This document shows positions 62,215-64,000 of a stretch of DNA of 64,000 bases, one piece after another (position 1 is the stretch's first letter; each line of letters opens with the position of its first letter). Both the position numbers and the translations under genes were made by a program. The stretch is from Lama glama (lineage: Eukaryota). The DNA is taken from assembly GCA_028534125.1 (NCBI GenBank), contig CM052817.1, forward strand, positions 4,404,001 through 4,468,000, written 5' to 3'. The notes under the pieces are model-generated. The model did not search any database, was not told where the DNA came from, and was given only the letters and a program-made list of their open reading frames with translations.

Positions 62215-64000
62215 GTAGGTCCTTGCATAGCCCCGTTCCCCTCACCCATCATCTGGGCAGGAATGGTCCAGCTTTGTAGGCAAGGCAGCACAGGGCAGGG
62301 GAGGTGTCGGAGCAGGACAGGGAGATCTCTGGGTTCCAGTCCTAGTTCTGACCCTCAGCTGCCTCGTGACCTGTGTCAGTCATCACCCCTTCCTGGACCT
62401 GCATTCCTTTCTGGCCATTAGAGGGGGCGTGAAGCAGATGGTCCTCTGCATGGTGGTTCCCAAACTCAGCTCATCCTCAGCCTCATCTAAACAGCTCACT
62501 AAAAACACAGACCCTTAGATTCCATCACAGATGCTTGGAGGTAGGGCTCAAGAATTGTACTTCTGAAAAGCTCTGCGGAGCTCTGGGGCTCATGTGAATT
62601 TGGGGACTGTTTCCTTAGCTCTGCCCTGGAGGAGAGCCCTGGCTGTCCCTCCGGCCAATCACAAGTCCCTTCCTTTCTCAGTTTTGTCATCTATACAAGG
62701 TGATCACCTCTGGCCCTGCCAACTGCAGACAGTTGTTATGTGGATGAGGAGAACCAAGGAAGATGGTGATCTCAGGGGAACAGGTGTCGGGAGTTCCAGT
62801 TTATCAGCCACCTGGCCTTCTCACGTCACTAGAACTCCTGGTTTGGTTTTGTTATCATTGCTCTGCCCTCCGCTTGTTACAAAGGTGGGACAGTGCAGCA
62901 GCAAAGGGCATGGATTCTGGAGCCAGACTGCTTGGCAGCAAACCCTGGTTCACTGTGTAGCCTGGCTAACCTCTCTGTGCTTTAGGTTCATAATAGCACC
63001 TGCCTCAGAGAAGTTGTCAGAGGATTAAATGATTTAATACAAGTAAAGGTCTAGGGCAGTGCCTGGCACACAGCTGGTGCCATGCAAGTGTTCATAGCTG
63101 CTTTTCATGATCACCAAGGGGTCTGATGTGCAGTGGGGGAAGCATTCCATGTCTTGCCTTTCAAAACAGACACCTGGAGTTGCAGCATGTAACTTACCCC
63201 TGGATGCCCTGGAAACCTTTGATGCAATCATCAGAGGCATCCAAAAGGCTGAAGGTTTGTTCAGTTTCATGGGGAAAAACAGCATGTGTCTTTGGCAGAA
63301 TTGACATTTTCCCCTGTTTCATTCTAATTGTGTGTTTCGCTGAAGCCCTGGTTATAGGTGACTTGAGCAGACTTTGGGTGTAGGTCCTCAAAAGTGCTTC
63401 ATGCCTCTGGGCGCCTCCGCCCCCTGCTGTCTACATCTGAAAGTACATATCCCGGGCGAGGGTGTTGTCTTGTCTGCAAGGAGGAGGAGGTTGAGATTCA
63501 GGAATCTCTGAGGAGGGAGCATGAGGCTTTGGTCCTCATCAGACAGAAATACCCAATTGCGGGTACTTTGCGGGTGAGAAGAAGGCACTGGGCAGGGTAT
63601 GTGTTATCTGAGTATTAGCATTGTTAGTGAACTTCGTCCCCCTAACTCTAGTTGGTCTACAAAACGATATGGGTTGGAAATCTTGTAAAGATGTATACAT
63701 CTCCTATGGTATGTGGTGGCCACGGTACAGGCTTAGCAGGTTTAGTTACATAATTTCAATAAAACTGTAAACAGTTTCTTAGCAGCAGTTGTCACCATCA
63801 GCAACTACAGGTGTTCCAACGAAACAAAACCACAGAGAAAGCCAAAGGCACAAATAGGCACTGAGATGCGGGGTGTGATCATGCCATGTGTGTCTTTGCT
63901 CAGTTGTGCCCCACCTGCAGCCTTCTGCTTTTGGAACTGGAGGATGTCGGGGGCACGGGAAGATCCTTTCCAAGGTTACCTGTTGAGCAGCACAGTCCAT

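Noticed and set aside
1..64000. Prokaryote-type systems (CRISPR, operons, defence islands), tRNA or rRNA genes, and a novel multi-gene system
   Set aside because: The window is intron-rich mammalian DNA. I found no regularly spaced repeat-spacer array or structured RNA gene.

Overview
This is mammalian genomic DNA, probably a laurasiatherian and possibly a camelid; that placement is inferred only from the repeat content. The window holds the 5' half of CRMP1 (DPYSL1, collapsin response mediator protein 1) on the + strand. There are two alternative CpG-island first exons: the long isoform at 19805-20185 and the short isoform at 24392-24430. Both splice in phase 0 to shared exons 2-5 (42799-42887, 47861-48045, 51782-51946, 62153-62214), and the gene continues past the window end. 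The rest is intergenic or intronic sequence full of ancient and lineage-level repeats: ERV1-like solo LTRs, MER21, LTR33/LTR16, MLT1, L1 3' ends, L2, MIR, MER63 and microsatellites. I found no new multi-gene system, CRISPR array or RNA gene. The observations most worth following up are a 19/21 RE1/NRSE (REST) site in intron 1 and an unexplained 71-bp ~90% identical duplication bracketing that site. Also notable are RFX X-box clusters upstream, a Tyr-to-Cys change in exon 4, and a nested all-antisense LTR cluster in intron 4. Repeat family names come from recall of consensus sequences, not from a database search.
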